DNA from: Spirochaetia bacterium
Lineage (GTDB): Bacteria > Spirochaetota > Spirochaetia > SZUA-6 > Bin103
Length of the DNA: 64,000 nucleotides
Assembly: GCA_965203905.1 (NCBI GenBank)
Contig: CBDBDQ010000005.1
Coordinates: 7,456,001-7,520,000 of the forward strand
Direction: 5' to 3'
Below, piece after piece: positions 19,301 through 27,933 of this stretch (position 1 is its first letter; every line of letters starts with the position of its first letter). A program made the position numbers and the translations under genes. The notes below the pieces were generated by a model. The model did no database searches. It was not told the origin of the DNA and saw nothing but the letters and a program-made list of their open reading frames with translations.

Positions 19301-20254
19301 CGAGAGCTTGATCTGATTCAACAGCGTGGGATTGGCGATCGCCGCGCCCGCACGATCCACCACATCCACCACGTCCTCTACCCGTCCCGACTCGGTCGTG
19401 ATCCGTACGCGCTGGATGGACACGTCGCGCAACGCCAGCGCGGCACTGAAGCTGTACAGGAACAGCGGCGTATCCTGAGACACGATGCGCATGCGCGTGA
19501 CGGCGCCGCCGTCGGCGGCCACGACGTTGGAAACTTCGATCTGCACCGGATACAGCGCGGGCGATGTGGGCCAGTGGCGCCGGATGGTCTCCGCCACCAT
19601 TTCGCTCACCCGGCGCCGCGCCGCCTCCGGTGCGCTCCGTTCCAGGTCGCCCGCCACCTCCAGCAGGCGCTGCTCCAGCTGCTGGCGCCACGCCTCCACG
19701 CTCAGGGCACCGGCCTCGGCGGAAACGCGCCGGCCGCGGAAGCGGTCGACGATCATCCGCCGCGGTTGCGGCGCTTGCCGCAGGGTACGGCTTCGCCCGC
19801 GCCGCCGGAGGCGGTCGGCGGCCGCGCGCGAGGTGGCTCGCCGCGATGCCCGTGCGGTCGCGCCTGCCGCAGCATGAGAACCTTCATCGACGCTGCGGGA
19901 CTCGCTGCCGTAGGTGAACGCGGTCCCGGAGTCGATGGCGAATCCGCAGGCACCGAGCACGCCGGTGATGAGAGAGAACATGCCCGCGTGGTCGGCGGCG
20001 AGAATCGTGCACGACAGCGCCTCCGCATCGCCGGCGCCTGCCGCGACCGAGCCGGTCTCCGCGGCGGCGGCCGCCAGCACCACCGCCAGCGGCCGGCGGC
20101 CGTCCAGCCGGCTGATCTCGCGGATGTGCGCCACCACCTCGGGCAGGGAGAACTCAGCGTAGTACTCGTCTCCCAGCCGTGCCAGGTGCGCGTCGATGAA
20201 CGGTTCGTCGACTCCGTCGAGCTGCCTGGCGAGCACCTCACGCCGCGGCTTCAT
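16367..20254 (-). CDS. glnE: Glutamine synthetase adenylyltransferase/deadenylylase with N-terminal GlnD-like ACT domains
   Basis: Two nucleotidyltransferase modules (GLGKMGG..LGYASDIEL / VDLRLRPYG and AYGKLG.EELNYSSDIDL / VDWRLRPYG / DIKSGAGGIRDLEF), preceded by two ACT-like segments; next to glnA. Confidence 0.9.
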   Translation of the reverse strand: MKPRREVLARQLDGVDEPFIDAHLARLGDEYYAEFSLPEVVAHIREISRLDGRRPLAVVLAAAAAETGSVAAGAGDAEALSCTILAADHAGMFSLITGVLGACGFAIDSGTAFTYGSESRSVDEGSHAAAGATARASRRATSRAAADRLRRRGRSRTLRQAPQPRRMIVDRFRGRRVSAEAGALSVEAWRQQLEQRLLEVAGDLERSAPEAARRRVSEMVAETIRRHWPTSPALYPVQIEVSNVVAADGGAVTRMRIVSQDTPLFLYSFSAALALRDVSIQRVRITTESGRVEDVVDVVDRAGAAIANPTLLNQIKLSVLLTKQFAYFVGLAPDPSAALLRFEQLTEQILGLPEEGRLLDLLADPRIMGELALLLGTSDYLWEDFIRQQFETLLPMLEPEQRHRFSDDATVGQRLREAVAAAPTAADRVAALNAFKDREAFLIDLEHVLSREGGVPQLAARLTRLAECVVAAALGLAADALRPQFGIPRTLGGIDTRLAVVGLGKMGGSALGYASDIELMFVYGDHGTTTGPQQIGNGEYYGRLVQETVNRISAKRAGIFEVDLRLRPYGAAGPRAVSLESFARYYGPGGEALAYERLALIRLRAVAGDRELGARLERLRDEFVYRTGAIPLDEVHRMRRRQVEEYDAESRLNAKFSPGALVDVEYAVQMLQVRYGTDRAALRTPSVHRALEELAQAGILAQLEAEQVGAAYDFYRRLINALRILRGSALDLYLPEPGAVEYGHLARRMAYRGASGLTPAQRLHLELETRRAAVRGFIDTHLGHGSLGSGSITGVADLVLSPTDDGADAGGAARVLSRLGFAHPQRAAANVVRLASRAPDRMEFARLAVLAGDELAHQSDPDRALNNWERYVAALDEPGHHFRTLMRQPTRLELLIRIFATSQFLADALVRSPELFDWVTEPERLRRRRRLQDVVKELGGRRFWRPRLRILRRREILRIAIRDYCLQAPVTDVMRELSVVAEAFIHVAVRDLAAERPELRERVCILAYGKLGAEELNYSSDIDLVALYDDRGLAPARSTELAHGVTELARTLGTTLAAHRGEMAAYRVDWRLRPYGSSGELAQSLSSLAAYYAGPANDWEVQALLRMRPVAGNRAVGQALLQRARAAFARLGSDPDGRGARAFATIERLRNLAVAGQAQRRLNQGRDIKSGAGGIRDLEFLVQGLQLQHLVQHPELVCGSTVAALEGLQRAGVLGAGSAAQLREDYLFLRRLEHSLQVFEDRQVHVLPSSDAALAALARRMMGAGASVSAFNDLLATVTARVRATYLRYVTEAGR

Positions 20255-20302
20255 CGGTACCTTCAGGGTACGCGAACCGGACCCGCGGAGTCACCTTGTC
20301 GC

Positions 20303-20344
20303 GAAAACGCCAGGAGCCATGCCGCCGCAACGACATGGCTCCTG
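20303..20344 (-). terminator. Probable intrinsic terminator after glnA
   Basis: Perfect 11-bp stem CAGGAGCCATG/CATGGCTCCTG, followed on the minus strand by GCGTTTT. Confidence 0.6.
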
Positions 20345-20389
20345 CTGAGACGCTCTTGCCTGCTGCTTCAGCAGCAGCGCACCGTCACC

Positions 20390-21811
20390 TCAGATGTCGT
20401 AGTACAGGGCGAACTCCCACGGGTGCGGGCGCAGGTCGAGGGCGGTAACCTCGTTCTCCATCTTGTAGTCGATCCAGGTCTCGAGCACGTCCTCGGTGAA
20501 CACGTCCCCCTTGAGCAGGAACTCATGGTCGTCACGCAGCGCTTCCAGCGCCTCCCGTAGCGAACCGGGGGTGGTTCGGACCTTGGCCAGCTCCTCCGGC
20601 GGCAGATCGTAGAGGTCACGGTCCAGCGGCTCGCCGGGATGGATCTTGTTGGTGATGCCGTCGATCGCCGCCATCACCATGGCCGCGAACCCGAGATAGG
20701 GATTGCAGGATGGATCGGGACAGCGGAACTCGACGCGCTTCGCCTTGGGTGAGGTGGAGTACATGGGAATGCGCACGGCGGCGCTGCGGTTGCGGCGCGA
20801 GTAGGCCAGGTTGACCGGTGCCTCGAAGCCCGGCACCAGCCGCTTGAAGCTGTTGGTCGTGGGATTGGTGAAGCCGATGATCGCGGCCGCGTGGGTGAGC
20901 AGTCCGCCAATGGCGTACAGTGCCATCTCCGACAGCCCTGCGTAACCGTCGCCGGCAAACAGGTTGTTGTCACCCTTCCAGAACGACATGTGGACGTGCA
21001 TGCCGCTGCCGTTGTCCTCGAACAGCGGCTTGGGCATGAAGGTGGCGGTTTTGTTGTAGCGGCGCGCGGTGTTCTTCACCACGTACTTGTACTTGAGCAT
21101 GTTGTCGGCCATGGTCACCAGGGGCGCGAAGCGCATGTCGATCTCGCCCTGGCCGCCGGTGGCTACCTCGTGATGCTGCGCCTCGATGAGAACGCCCATG
21201 TCCTCCAGCGTCATCATCATCTCGCTGCGCAGGTCCTGCAGGCTGTCGGTCGGCGGCACCGGGAAGTAGCCTTCCTTGTAGCGCGGCTTGTAGGCCAGGT
21301 TGGGGTTCTCTTCACGCCCGGAGTTCCAGCGCCCCTCCTCCGAGTCGATGTGATAGTAGCCCTCGTGCTCGTTCTGGTCGAAGCGCACGTCGTCGAAGAT
21401 GAAGAATTCCGCCTCCGGCCCGAAAAAGGCGATGTCGGCGAGGCCGGAGGAACTGAGGTAGGCCTCGGCCTTGCGTGCGATGTTGCGCGGGTCACGGGTG
21501 TAGTCCTCTCCGGTCATCGGATCCGAGATGTTGCAGATCATGACCAGCGTCTTGCGGGCCAGGAACGGGTCGATGAAGCCGGTCTCCGGAATCGGCTTGA
21601 CCAGCATGTCGGACTCATTGATCGACTGCCAGCCGCGGATGCTGGAACCGTCGAAGCCGAGGCCGCCCTCGAAATCGTCCTCCGACAGCTCGCGGGCGGG
21701 AATCGAGAAATGCTGCCACAGACCGGGGAAGTCCATGAAGCGCAGGTCGATGACCTCGATCGTTTCCTCGGCGATCAGCTTCATCACATCACCAGGTGTC
21801 TTGAGATTCAC
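20390..21811 (-). CDS. glnA: Type I glutamine synthetase (GSI-beta, adenylylatable)
   Basis: [69 protein letters not shown]; adenylylation motif DLYDL. Confidence 0.98.
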   Translation of the reverse strand: MNLKTPGDVMKLIAEETIEVIDLRFMDFPGLWQHFSIPARELSEDDFEGGLGFDGSSIRGWQSINESDMLVKPIPETGFIDPFLARKTLVMICNISDPMTGEDYTRDPRNIARKAEAYLSSSGLADIAFFGPEAEFFIFDDVRFDQNEHEGYYHIDSEEGRWNSGREENPNLAYKPRYKEGYFPVPPTDSLQDLRSEMMMTLEDMGVLIEAQHHEVATGGQGEIDMRFAPLVTMADNMLKYKYVVKNTARRYNKTATFMPKPLFEDNGSGMHVHMSFWKGDNNLFAGDGYAGLSEMALYAIGGLLTHAAAIIGFTNPTTNSFKRLVPGFEAPVNLAYSRRNRSAAVRIPMYSTSPKAKRVEFRCPDPSCNPYLGFAAMVMAAIDGITNKIHPGEPLDRDLYDLPPEELAKVRTTPGSLREALEALRDDHEFLLKGDVFTEDVLETWIDYKMENEVTALDLRPHPWEFALYYDI

Positions 21812-21861
21812 TGTTTCCTCCTCATGAATCGCGCGCTAGCGCACTACGTCACCCAAGTATT

Positions 21862-21877
21862 AGCAAGATCCATACCA
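21862..21877 (-). promoter_or_regulatory. Sigma54 (-24/-12) promoter of glnA
   Basis: Minus strand TGGTAT-GGATC-TTGCT. Confidence 0.82.
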
Positions 21878-21919
21878 TGGCTCGAAACCACTCGATACTG
21901 CCTGCATCGCACGCGGAGA

Positions 21920-21967
21920 GCTACATGTATGTAGGGCACCGCGCCAGGATTCCTACCAAATGGTTCG
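21920..21967. promoter_or_regulatory. Paired upstream activator sites for glnA
   Basis: GCTAC-ATGTAT-GTAGG (21920-21935) and CCTAC-CAAATG-GTTCG (21952-21967), 32 bp apart; same motif as at amtB. Confidence 0.65.
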
Positions 21968-22015
21968 ATTCTCGATTCGTTGATCGCCGAGCCAGGGGCG
22001 TGCTATACAACCGAC

Positions 22016-22441
22016 GTGGCAAGTCTATCGAGAACCCTGGCCCTGATCAAACCCGACGCCTTCGACCGCCGCCTAACCGGCAAGCTCATCGACGCCGCCC
22101 TGGAAGCCGGCCTCGCCATCGTGTCCGTAAAGAGCGTCAAACTCAACCGCGCCCAGGCCGAGGCGTTCTACGCGGTGCATCGCGAGCGGCCCTTCTTCTC
22201 GTCGCTGGTCGAATTCATGACCTCGGGCACCACGGTGGCCATGGTCCTGGAGGGAGCGGACGCGGTTGCCCTCTGGCGCCGGGCCATGGGCGCCACCGAC
22301 CCCGCCGACGCGGCGGAGGGCACCATCCGCCGCCGCTTCGCGGAGTCGATAGAACGCAACTGCTGCCACGGCTCAGACTCCGACGCCAACGCCGCCATCG
22401 AAATAGGCTGCTTCTTCAGCGGCGAGGAACTGCTCAGATAG
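22016..22441 (+). CDS. ndk: Nucleoside-diphosphate kinase
   Basis: RTLALIKPDA, FYAVHRERPFF, GATDP..A.EGTIR, NCCHGSDS. Confidence 0.95.
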   Translation: MASLSRTLALIKPDAFDRRLTGKLIDAALEAGLAIVSVKSVKLNRAQAEAFYAVHRERPFFSSLVEFMTSGTTVAMVLEGADAVALWRRAMGATDPADAAEGTIRRRFAESIERNCCHGSDSDANAAIEIGCFFSGEELLR

Positions 22442-22453
22442 CCTGCGGCGGCA

Positions 22454-23338
22454 TCAGACCGCGGACGATGCCGCCGGTACCGCGGTGGCGCGTTGGGCCA
22501 GCACGAAGCCGGTGAGGGCTTGCAGGGCGCGGCGCGACTCGCTCGCGGAGAAGCGGTCCAGGATGGTTCCGGCCAGGCGCGCGTGCTCGCCGGCACGCTG
22601 CACCAGCGCCAGCTCCGTGGCGAGGGCGTCCTGATCCATCTGGTCGTCCATCAACTGGAAGGCCAGTCCGAATTGCAGCCCGAACTCGCCGGCGGCGGCG
22701 ACCTGCGGCTCGGAGCCGCCCCCGACCAGCGCACCTGAAGCGCAGCACGCGGACATCAACGCGGCGGTCTTGCTGCGGATGATGGCGAGGTAGTCGTCCA
22801 CGGTAATCTCCAGGTGATAGCGCTTGATGCCGTGCTGGAAGATCTCCCCCTGGCTCATGCTCTTGGTCACCGCGCAGTACAACTGCACCAGGCGCAGCCG
22901 TTGCTCGGCGGGCAACGGCAGCTCGGCGATCAGACTGAAGAACTGGGCGTACAACACGTCGCCCACCAGCACCGCGATGCTGGTCCCGAATTCGCGATAT
23001 ATCGCGGCGCGGGCGCGGCGCACGACGGCATGGTCGATGATGTCATCGTGAATCAGCGACGCCGCGTGCACCAGCTCCGCCGCCACCGCCATGGTAACCA
23101 GCGGCGAGCCGGGGACGCGCGTGACATCGGCGCCGCCGACCGCACGGCCGCTGAACAGCACCAGCGCGGGGCGCAGCAGCTTGCCCCGCATGGCACTGAG
23201 CGAGGTGACTATCTCCCTGAGGTAGGCGTGGCGCTCGACCAGCTTCTCGTGGTTCTCCGCGAGTGACCGGATCTGCAGCTCTAGCTCGGCCTCGACCAGC
23301 CTCAGGTCCGCCGCGATCGGCCCGTAGATCTGCTCCAG
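22454..23338 (-). CDS. Polyprenyl diphosphate synthase family protein (start uncertain)
   Basis: GKLLRP, ELVHAASLIHDDIID, LVGD, KTAALM, FQLMDDQMD. The coding-like frame extends upstream of ATG 23191 (LEQIYGPIAADLRLVEAEL) with no ATG/GTG/TTG; CTG 23338 is used here as a provisional start. Confidence 0.85.
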   Translation of the reverse strand: MEQIYGPIAADLRLVEAELELQIRSLAENHEKLVERHAYLREIVTSLSAMRGKLLRPALVLFSGRAVGGADVTRVPGSPLVTMAVAAELVHAASLIHDDIIDHAVVRRARAAIYREFGTSIAVLVGDVLYAQFFSLIAELPLPAEQRLRLVQLYCAVTKSMSQGEIFQHGIKRYHLEITVDDYLAIIRSKTAALMSACCASGALVGGGSEPQVAAAGEFGLQFGLAFQLMDDQMDQDALATELALVQRAGEHARLAGTILDRFSASESRRALQALTGFVLAQRATAVPAASSAV

Positions 23339-23371
23339 CGATGGGGGGCTGCAGGGACGAACGACAGACTC

Positions 23372-24592
23372 CTAAAATTCGTCGTAACGGATCATCTCGG
23401 GTTCGACGCCGAGGTCGTAGAGCATCTTCTGCACCGCGGTCAGCATCAGCGGCGGACCGCACAGGTAGTACTCGATGTCCTCCGGCGCCTCCTGCTTGCC
23501 CAGGTACTCGTCCAGCACCACCTGGTGGATGAAGCCCACCGGACCGTCCCAGTTGTCTTCGGGCAGCGGCTCCGAAAGCGCAATGTGGAAGGAGAAATTG
23601 GGAAACTTCTCCTCGATGTCGCGGAAGTGATCCTCGTAGAAGATCTCGCGCTTGGAGCGCGCGCCGTACCAGTAGGAGACCTTGCGCCCGGTCTGCAAGG
23701 TCTGGAACAGGTGGAATATGTGCGCGCGCAACGGCGCCATGCCGGCACCGCCGCCGATGTACACCATCTCGCGCTCGGTCTCCTGGATGAAGAACTCGCC
23801 ATAGGGCCCGGAGATGGTCACCACGTCGCCCGGTTTGCGGGCATACACGTAGGATGATGCGAGGCCTGGCTGTACCTCCATACCGCGCGGCGGGGTCGCG
23901 ATGCGCACGTTGAGCATCACGATGTTGCCCTCGGCCGGATGGTTGGCCATCGAGTAGGCGCGCTGGATCGGCATCGTGTTCTTGGCGTTGAGCGAGAACA
24001 GATTCATTCGCTGCCAGTCTTCGAGGTACTCCTCCTCGATCTGGATGTCCTTGGAAAAGTCGATCTCGTAGGGCGGCACCTCGATCTGGATGTAACCGCC
24101 GGAACGGTGATTGAGCTCCTCGCCCTCGGGCATGCGCAGCACGAACTCGCGGATGAAGGTGGCGACGCTGTCGTTGGAGATCACCTCGCACTGCCACTTG
24201 TTGATCGAGAACACCTCGTCCGGGACCTGCACCTGCATGTCGTCGCGCACCTTGACCTGGCACGACAGCCGCCAGTTCTCCTTGGCGTCGCGGAAGTTGA
24301 TGTGCTGCTGCTCGGTCGGCAGGATGTCGCCGCCGCCGTCCAGCACCTGGCAGCGGCACACGCCGCAGGTACCGCCGCCGCCGCACGCCGACGGCAGCAT
24401 GACCCCGTTGCTCGACAGGGTATTGAGCAGAGTGCCCCCGGCGTCGGTCTCGATCGCGCCTTCCTCGTCGCCGTTGATCGTGATCTTGATCTTGCGCTGC
24501 GGGCGCAGCCGCGCCTCGGCCGCCAGCAGGGCGACCGTGAGCAATCCGATCACTACGGGGAATACGATAATGCTTCCGAATACCTGCAACAT
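23372..24592 (-). CDS. nqrF: Na+-translocating NADH:quinone reductase subunit F
   Basis: SACGGGGTCGVC 2Fe-2S motif, RAYSMANHP, GGGAGMAP, YYLCGPP. Confidence 0.97.
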   Translation of the reverse strand: MLQVFGSIIVFPVVIGLLTVALLAAEARLRPQRKIKITINGDEEGAIETDAGGTLLNTLSSNGVMLPSACGGGGTCGVCRCQVLDGGGDILPTEQQHINFRDAKENWRLSCQVKVRDDMQVQVPDEVFSINKWQCEVISNDSVATFIREFVLRMPEGEELNHRSGGYIQIEVPPYEIDFSKDIQIEEEYLEDWQRMNLFSLNAKNTMPIQRAYSMANHPAEGNIVMLNVRIATPPRGMEVQPGLASSYVYARKPGDVVTISGPYGEFFIQETEREMVYIGGGAGMAPLRAHIFHLFQTLQTGRKVSYWYGARSKREIFYEDHFRDIEEKFPNFSFHIALSEPLPEDNWDGPVGFIHQVVLDEYLGKQEAPEDIEYYLCGPPLMLTAVQKMLYDLGVEPEMIRYDEF

Positions 24593-24604
24593 CTTCGCTG
24601 CTCC

Positions 24605-25216
24605 CTACAGTTGAATGCCGGAAAACGCCATGAAGCCGATCGACATGAGTCCGGTGAGCAGCATCGTCATCCCCAGGCCGCGCAACGCCGGCGGCACGTT
24701 GGAATAGCGGATCTTCTCGCGAATCGAAGCCAACGCGATGATGGCCAGGGCCCAGCCTACTCCCGACGACAGCCCGAACACCACCGACTCGCCGAAGTTG
24801 TAGCTGCGCTCCACCATGAACAGTGAACCTCCCAGGATCGAACAGTTCACCGTGATCAAGGGCAGGTAGATGCCGAGCGCGTGGTACAGGCCGCTGGAGG
24901 TCTTCTCGATCACCATCTCCACCAGTTGCACCATGGCCGCGATCACGGCGATGAAGGCGATGAAGTTGAGGAAGCTCAGGTCCACTTCCTGCATCGCCGG
25001 GCTGACCCAGGCCAGGCTGCCCGCCTTGAGCAGGTACTCGTGCACCACCCAGTTGATCGGCATGGTGATGCCGAGCACGAAGATCACGGCGAAGCCGAGG
25101 CCGATGGCGGTCTTGACCTGCTTCGACACCGCCAGGAACGAGCACATCCCGAGGAAGAAGGCCAGCAGGATGTTCTCGACGAAAATCGCCTTGAGCGCCA
25201 GGTTGATCAGTGCCAT
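24605..25216 (-). CDS. nqrE: Na+-NQR subunit E
   Basis: [37 protein letters not shown]. Confidence 0.96.
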   Translation of the reverse strand: MALINLALKAIFVENILLAFFLGMCSFLAVSKQVKTAIGLGFAVIFVLGITMPINWVVHEYLLKAGSLAWVSPAMQEVDLSFLNFIAFIAVIAAMVQLVEMVIEKTSSGLYHALGIYLPLITVNCSILGGSLFMVERSYNFGESVVFGLSSGVGWALAIIALASIREKIRYSNVPPALRGLGMTMLLTGLMSIGFMAFSGIQL

Positions 25217-25219
25217 CGC

Positions 25220-25894
25220 CTAAGCCTCCTCGGTGTAGCCGCTCATGCGGCGCTGGGCCCAGATCAAAAGGCCCATCAGGATGAACGCCCCGGGGGCGAG
25301 CACCATCAATCCGTTGTCCACGTAACCGGCGTCGTACAACCCCTGCGGGATCACCTGCACTCCGTAGATCTTGCCACTTCCGAACAACTCTCTGCAGAAT
25401 CCGACAGCGAGGATCACCAGGGCGTAACCGACGCCGTTGCCCAGGGCGTCCAGCACGCTGGGCCACGGCTTGTTGCCCATCGCGAACGCCTCCAGCCGGC
25501 CCATGATGATGCAGTTGGTGATGATCAGGGCCACGAACACCGAGAGCTGGCGCGACACGTCGAAGGCGTACGCCTTGAGCACCTGGTCCACCAGCACCAC
25601 CAGCGATGCCACCACGGTCATCTGCACGATGATGCGCACGTTGTTGGGAATCAGCTTGCGCATCAACGAGATGATCAGGTTGGCCGACACCAGCACGAAG
25701 ACCACCGCGATGCCCATCACCAGCGACGGCTTGACCTGAGTGGTCACCGCCAACGCCGAGCAGATGCCGAGCACCTGGATGGTGATCGGGTTGTTCTCCG
25801 ACAGCGGATCCCTGAGCACCGTCCGGTTCTGCGGTGAGAACAGGGGCTCCCGTTCCTTGACCGGTGCCTGGGTTTGTACCTGGGGTTCTGCCAT
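25220..25894 (-). CDS. nqrD: Na+-NQR subunit D
   Basis: NNPITIQVLGICSALAVT, LIITNCIIMGR. Confidence 0.96.
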   Translation of the reverse strand: MAEPQVQTQAPVKEREPLFSPQNRTVLRDPLSENNPITIQVLGICSALAVTTQVKPSLVMGIAVVFVLVSANLIISLMRKLIPNNVRIIVQMTVVASLVVLVDQVLKAYAFDVSRQLSVFVALIITNCIIMGRLEAFAMGNKPWPSVLDALGNGVGYALVILAVGFCRELFGSGKIYGVQVIPQGLYDAGYVDNGLMVLAPGAFILMGLLIWAQRRMSGYTEEA

Positions 25895-25913
25895 GAGCTT
25901 GCCTCTCCCTCTC

Positions 25914-26660
25914 CTATCTCGCCTGGGTCTCGGCCCGTACGCGTGTGATGTAGGGCGCGTAGATTGCCAGTTTTTCCTGCAGCAGGTTGGTCACACCGCG
26001 GCCGGTTATGCTGGCGCCGCTGATGCCGTCCACCGCGTAGGTGTGATCGGCGGCGTTGGAGAATACGTCCGCCACCTTGCCCTTGACGACCTGGATCGAA
26101 CGCAGCGCACTGCCGTCGAAGATGCGCTTGCCCACGAAGTTGTCCTGAAACCAGGCCTGTTCGATCTCAGCGCCGAGTCCGGCGGTCTCGCCGTGCTTGT
26201 AGAAGGTGATGCCTTTCACGGTGTCCAGATCGTCCTCCAGCGCCAGGTAGCCGTACAGGGTGGACCACAGCCCCTGGCCGTACACGGGGATGGCGTAGAC
26301 GCTTGCCTTGCCCCCCTCGGTGACCACGAATACCGGCAGTCGCCAAGCGGCCGGGTCGGGGTTCTCCAGCTCTTCCTCCAGGTCCACCCCGTCCGCGCTG
26401 GAGCCGGGAATCACCTTGCCCTCGTGATCCACCAGGAAACTCTCCACCGAGTCGTCGTAGAGCTGGTTGATCTCCTCCGGCTCCAGCTTCTGTTCGCGCT
26501 CCATCAGGCCGACCGCCTTGAGGATGTTCTCGCGTATGTTGCGCTGCTCGTTGGCCTGCTGCGGCTCGCGCAACGAGGTGGCGGCGAAGGAGAGCACGAA
26601 GCCCCAGAACACCGTGATGATCAGCACGAACACCACCGAATAAACTTTGCTGCGATTCAT
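25914..26660 (-). CDS. nqrC: Na+-NQR subunit C
   Basis: GQGLWSTLYG, HGETAGLGAEI, flavinylation-type motif VDGISGASIT. Confidence 0.93.
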   Translation of the reverse strand: MNRSKVYSVVFVLIITVFWGFVLSFAATSLREPQQANEQRNIRENILKAVGLMEREQKLEPEEINQLYDDSVESFLVDHEGKVIPGSSADGVDLEEELENPDPAAWRLPVFVVTEGGKASVYAIPVYGQGLWSTLYGYLALEDDLDTVKGITFYKHGETAGLGAEIEQAWFQDNFVGKRIFDGSALRSIQVVKGKVADVFSNAADHTYAVDGISGASITGRGVTNLLQEKLAIYAPYITRVRAETQAR

Positions 26661-26670
26661 GGCCTTACGC

Positions 26671-27897
26671 TCACTCCGCCACCGGCGCGCCGGCCGGCGT
26701 CGCAACCGGCGCCCGCGCCAGCCGTTTCTTGACGTTGCTGCGCACCACGAAGTGGTCGATCAGCGGGGCGAACATGTTCATGAACAGTATCGCCAGCATC
26801 ACCCCTTCGGGAAACGCCGGGTTGATGATCCGAACCAGGATCGACAGGACGCCGACCAGGAACCCGTAGATCCACTTGCCCATGTCCGTGGCGGCCGCGG
26901 AGACGGGATCGGTGGCCATGTAGGCGAGGCCGAAGGCGAACCCGCCCAGGGTCAGGTGGTAGTGGATCGGCAGTGCCAGGAAGTGGCCCGGGTGGGGCGC
27001 TGCGAGATTGAGGACCGCGGCCATCACCACGCCGCCGATCAGCATCGACAGCATGATGCGCCAGCTCCCTACCCCGGTGATCAGGAGCAGGCCGATACCG
27101 AGCAGAATGGCCAGCGTCGAGGTTTCGCCGATACTGCCGGGGATGAGGCCGATGAAGGAGTTCCACCAGGTTACTCCCTGAGCGGCGAGGACATCGACGA
27201 TCGGCGCCTCGGCCCCCTCCGCGACCACGGCCAGCGGGCTGGCCGACGAATAACCGTCCAGCGCTACCCAGACCCGGTCGCCGGAGATCTGTGCCGGGTA
27301 GGCGAAGAACAGGAAGGCCCGCACCACCAGCGCCGGATTGAAGATGTTCATGCCGGTGCCGCCGAAGATTTCCTTGCCGATGATCACCCCGAAGGTGGTG
27401 GCCACCGCGAGCTGCCACCAGGGGATGGTGGGCGGCACGATCAGCGCGATCAGGAAGCCGGATACCAGAAAGCCCTCGCTCACCTCGTGGCGGCGGATCA
27501 CCGCGAACAGGAACTCCCAGCCCAGCCCCACGGCGTAGGTGACGATCAGGATCGGCAGGAAGCGAATCAGCCCCTGCACCACGGCCTGGATCAAAGTGAA
27601 GTCGACCCCCATGGCGCATGCCTCGGCGCCCGCCGCCATGCATTCCGCCAGCAGGCGCTGGTAGCCGATGTTGAAGATGCCCACCAGGGTGGGGGGAATG
27701 AGGGCGAAGATCACGGTCACCATCATCCGCTTGGAGTCGAAGTCGTCGCGGATGTGAGCGCCCGCCCGGGTACGGTTGGGCAGCACGAAGGCGAGGGTCG
27801 CGAAGGCGTCGTACGCCGGGTACAGGCGCTCCAGCTTGCCTCCCTTCTCGAACAGCGGTTCGACCCGCTCTAACAGCCCCTTCAGCAACTGCTGCAC
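26671..27897 (-). CDS. nqrB: Na+-NQR subunit B
   Basis: FEKGGKLERLYP, GKEIFGGTGMNIFNPAL, FFAYPAQISGD, GSIGETST, MATDPVS. Confidence 0.96.
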   Translation of the reverse strand: MQQLLKGLLERVEPLFEKGGKLERLYPAYDAFATLAFVLPNRTRAGAHIRDDFDSKRMMVTVIFALIPPTLVGIFNIGYQRLLAECMAAGAEACAMGVDFTLIQAVVQGLIRFLPILIVTYAVGLGWEFLFAVIRRHEVSEGFLVSGFLIALIVPPTIPWWQLAVATTFGVIIGKEIFGGTGMNIFNPALVVRAFLFFAYPAQISGDRVWVALDGYSSASPLAVVAEGAEAPIVDVLAAQGVTWWNSFIGLIPGSIGETSTLAILLGIGLLLITGVGSWRIMLSMLIGGVVMAAVLNLAAPHPGHFLALPIHYHLTLGGFAFGLAYMATDPVSAAATDMGKWIYGFLVGVLSILVRIINPAFPEGVMLAILFMNMFAPLIDHFVVRSNVKKRLARAPVATPAGAPVAE

Positions 27898-27933
27898 GTT
27901 ATCCTGCTCCTGTGGCCACGGCCAGCACTCCGG

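Noticed and set aside
17546-20560. 1004-aa plus-strand ORF and many other long overlapping ORFs (e.g. 5803..7743, 23043..25466, 33310..35001)
   Set aside because: Antisense or off-frame shadows of clear genes; stop codons are rare at this GC content and the translations have no motifs.
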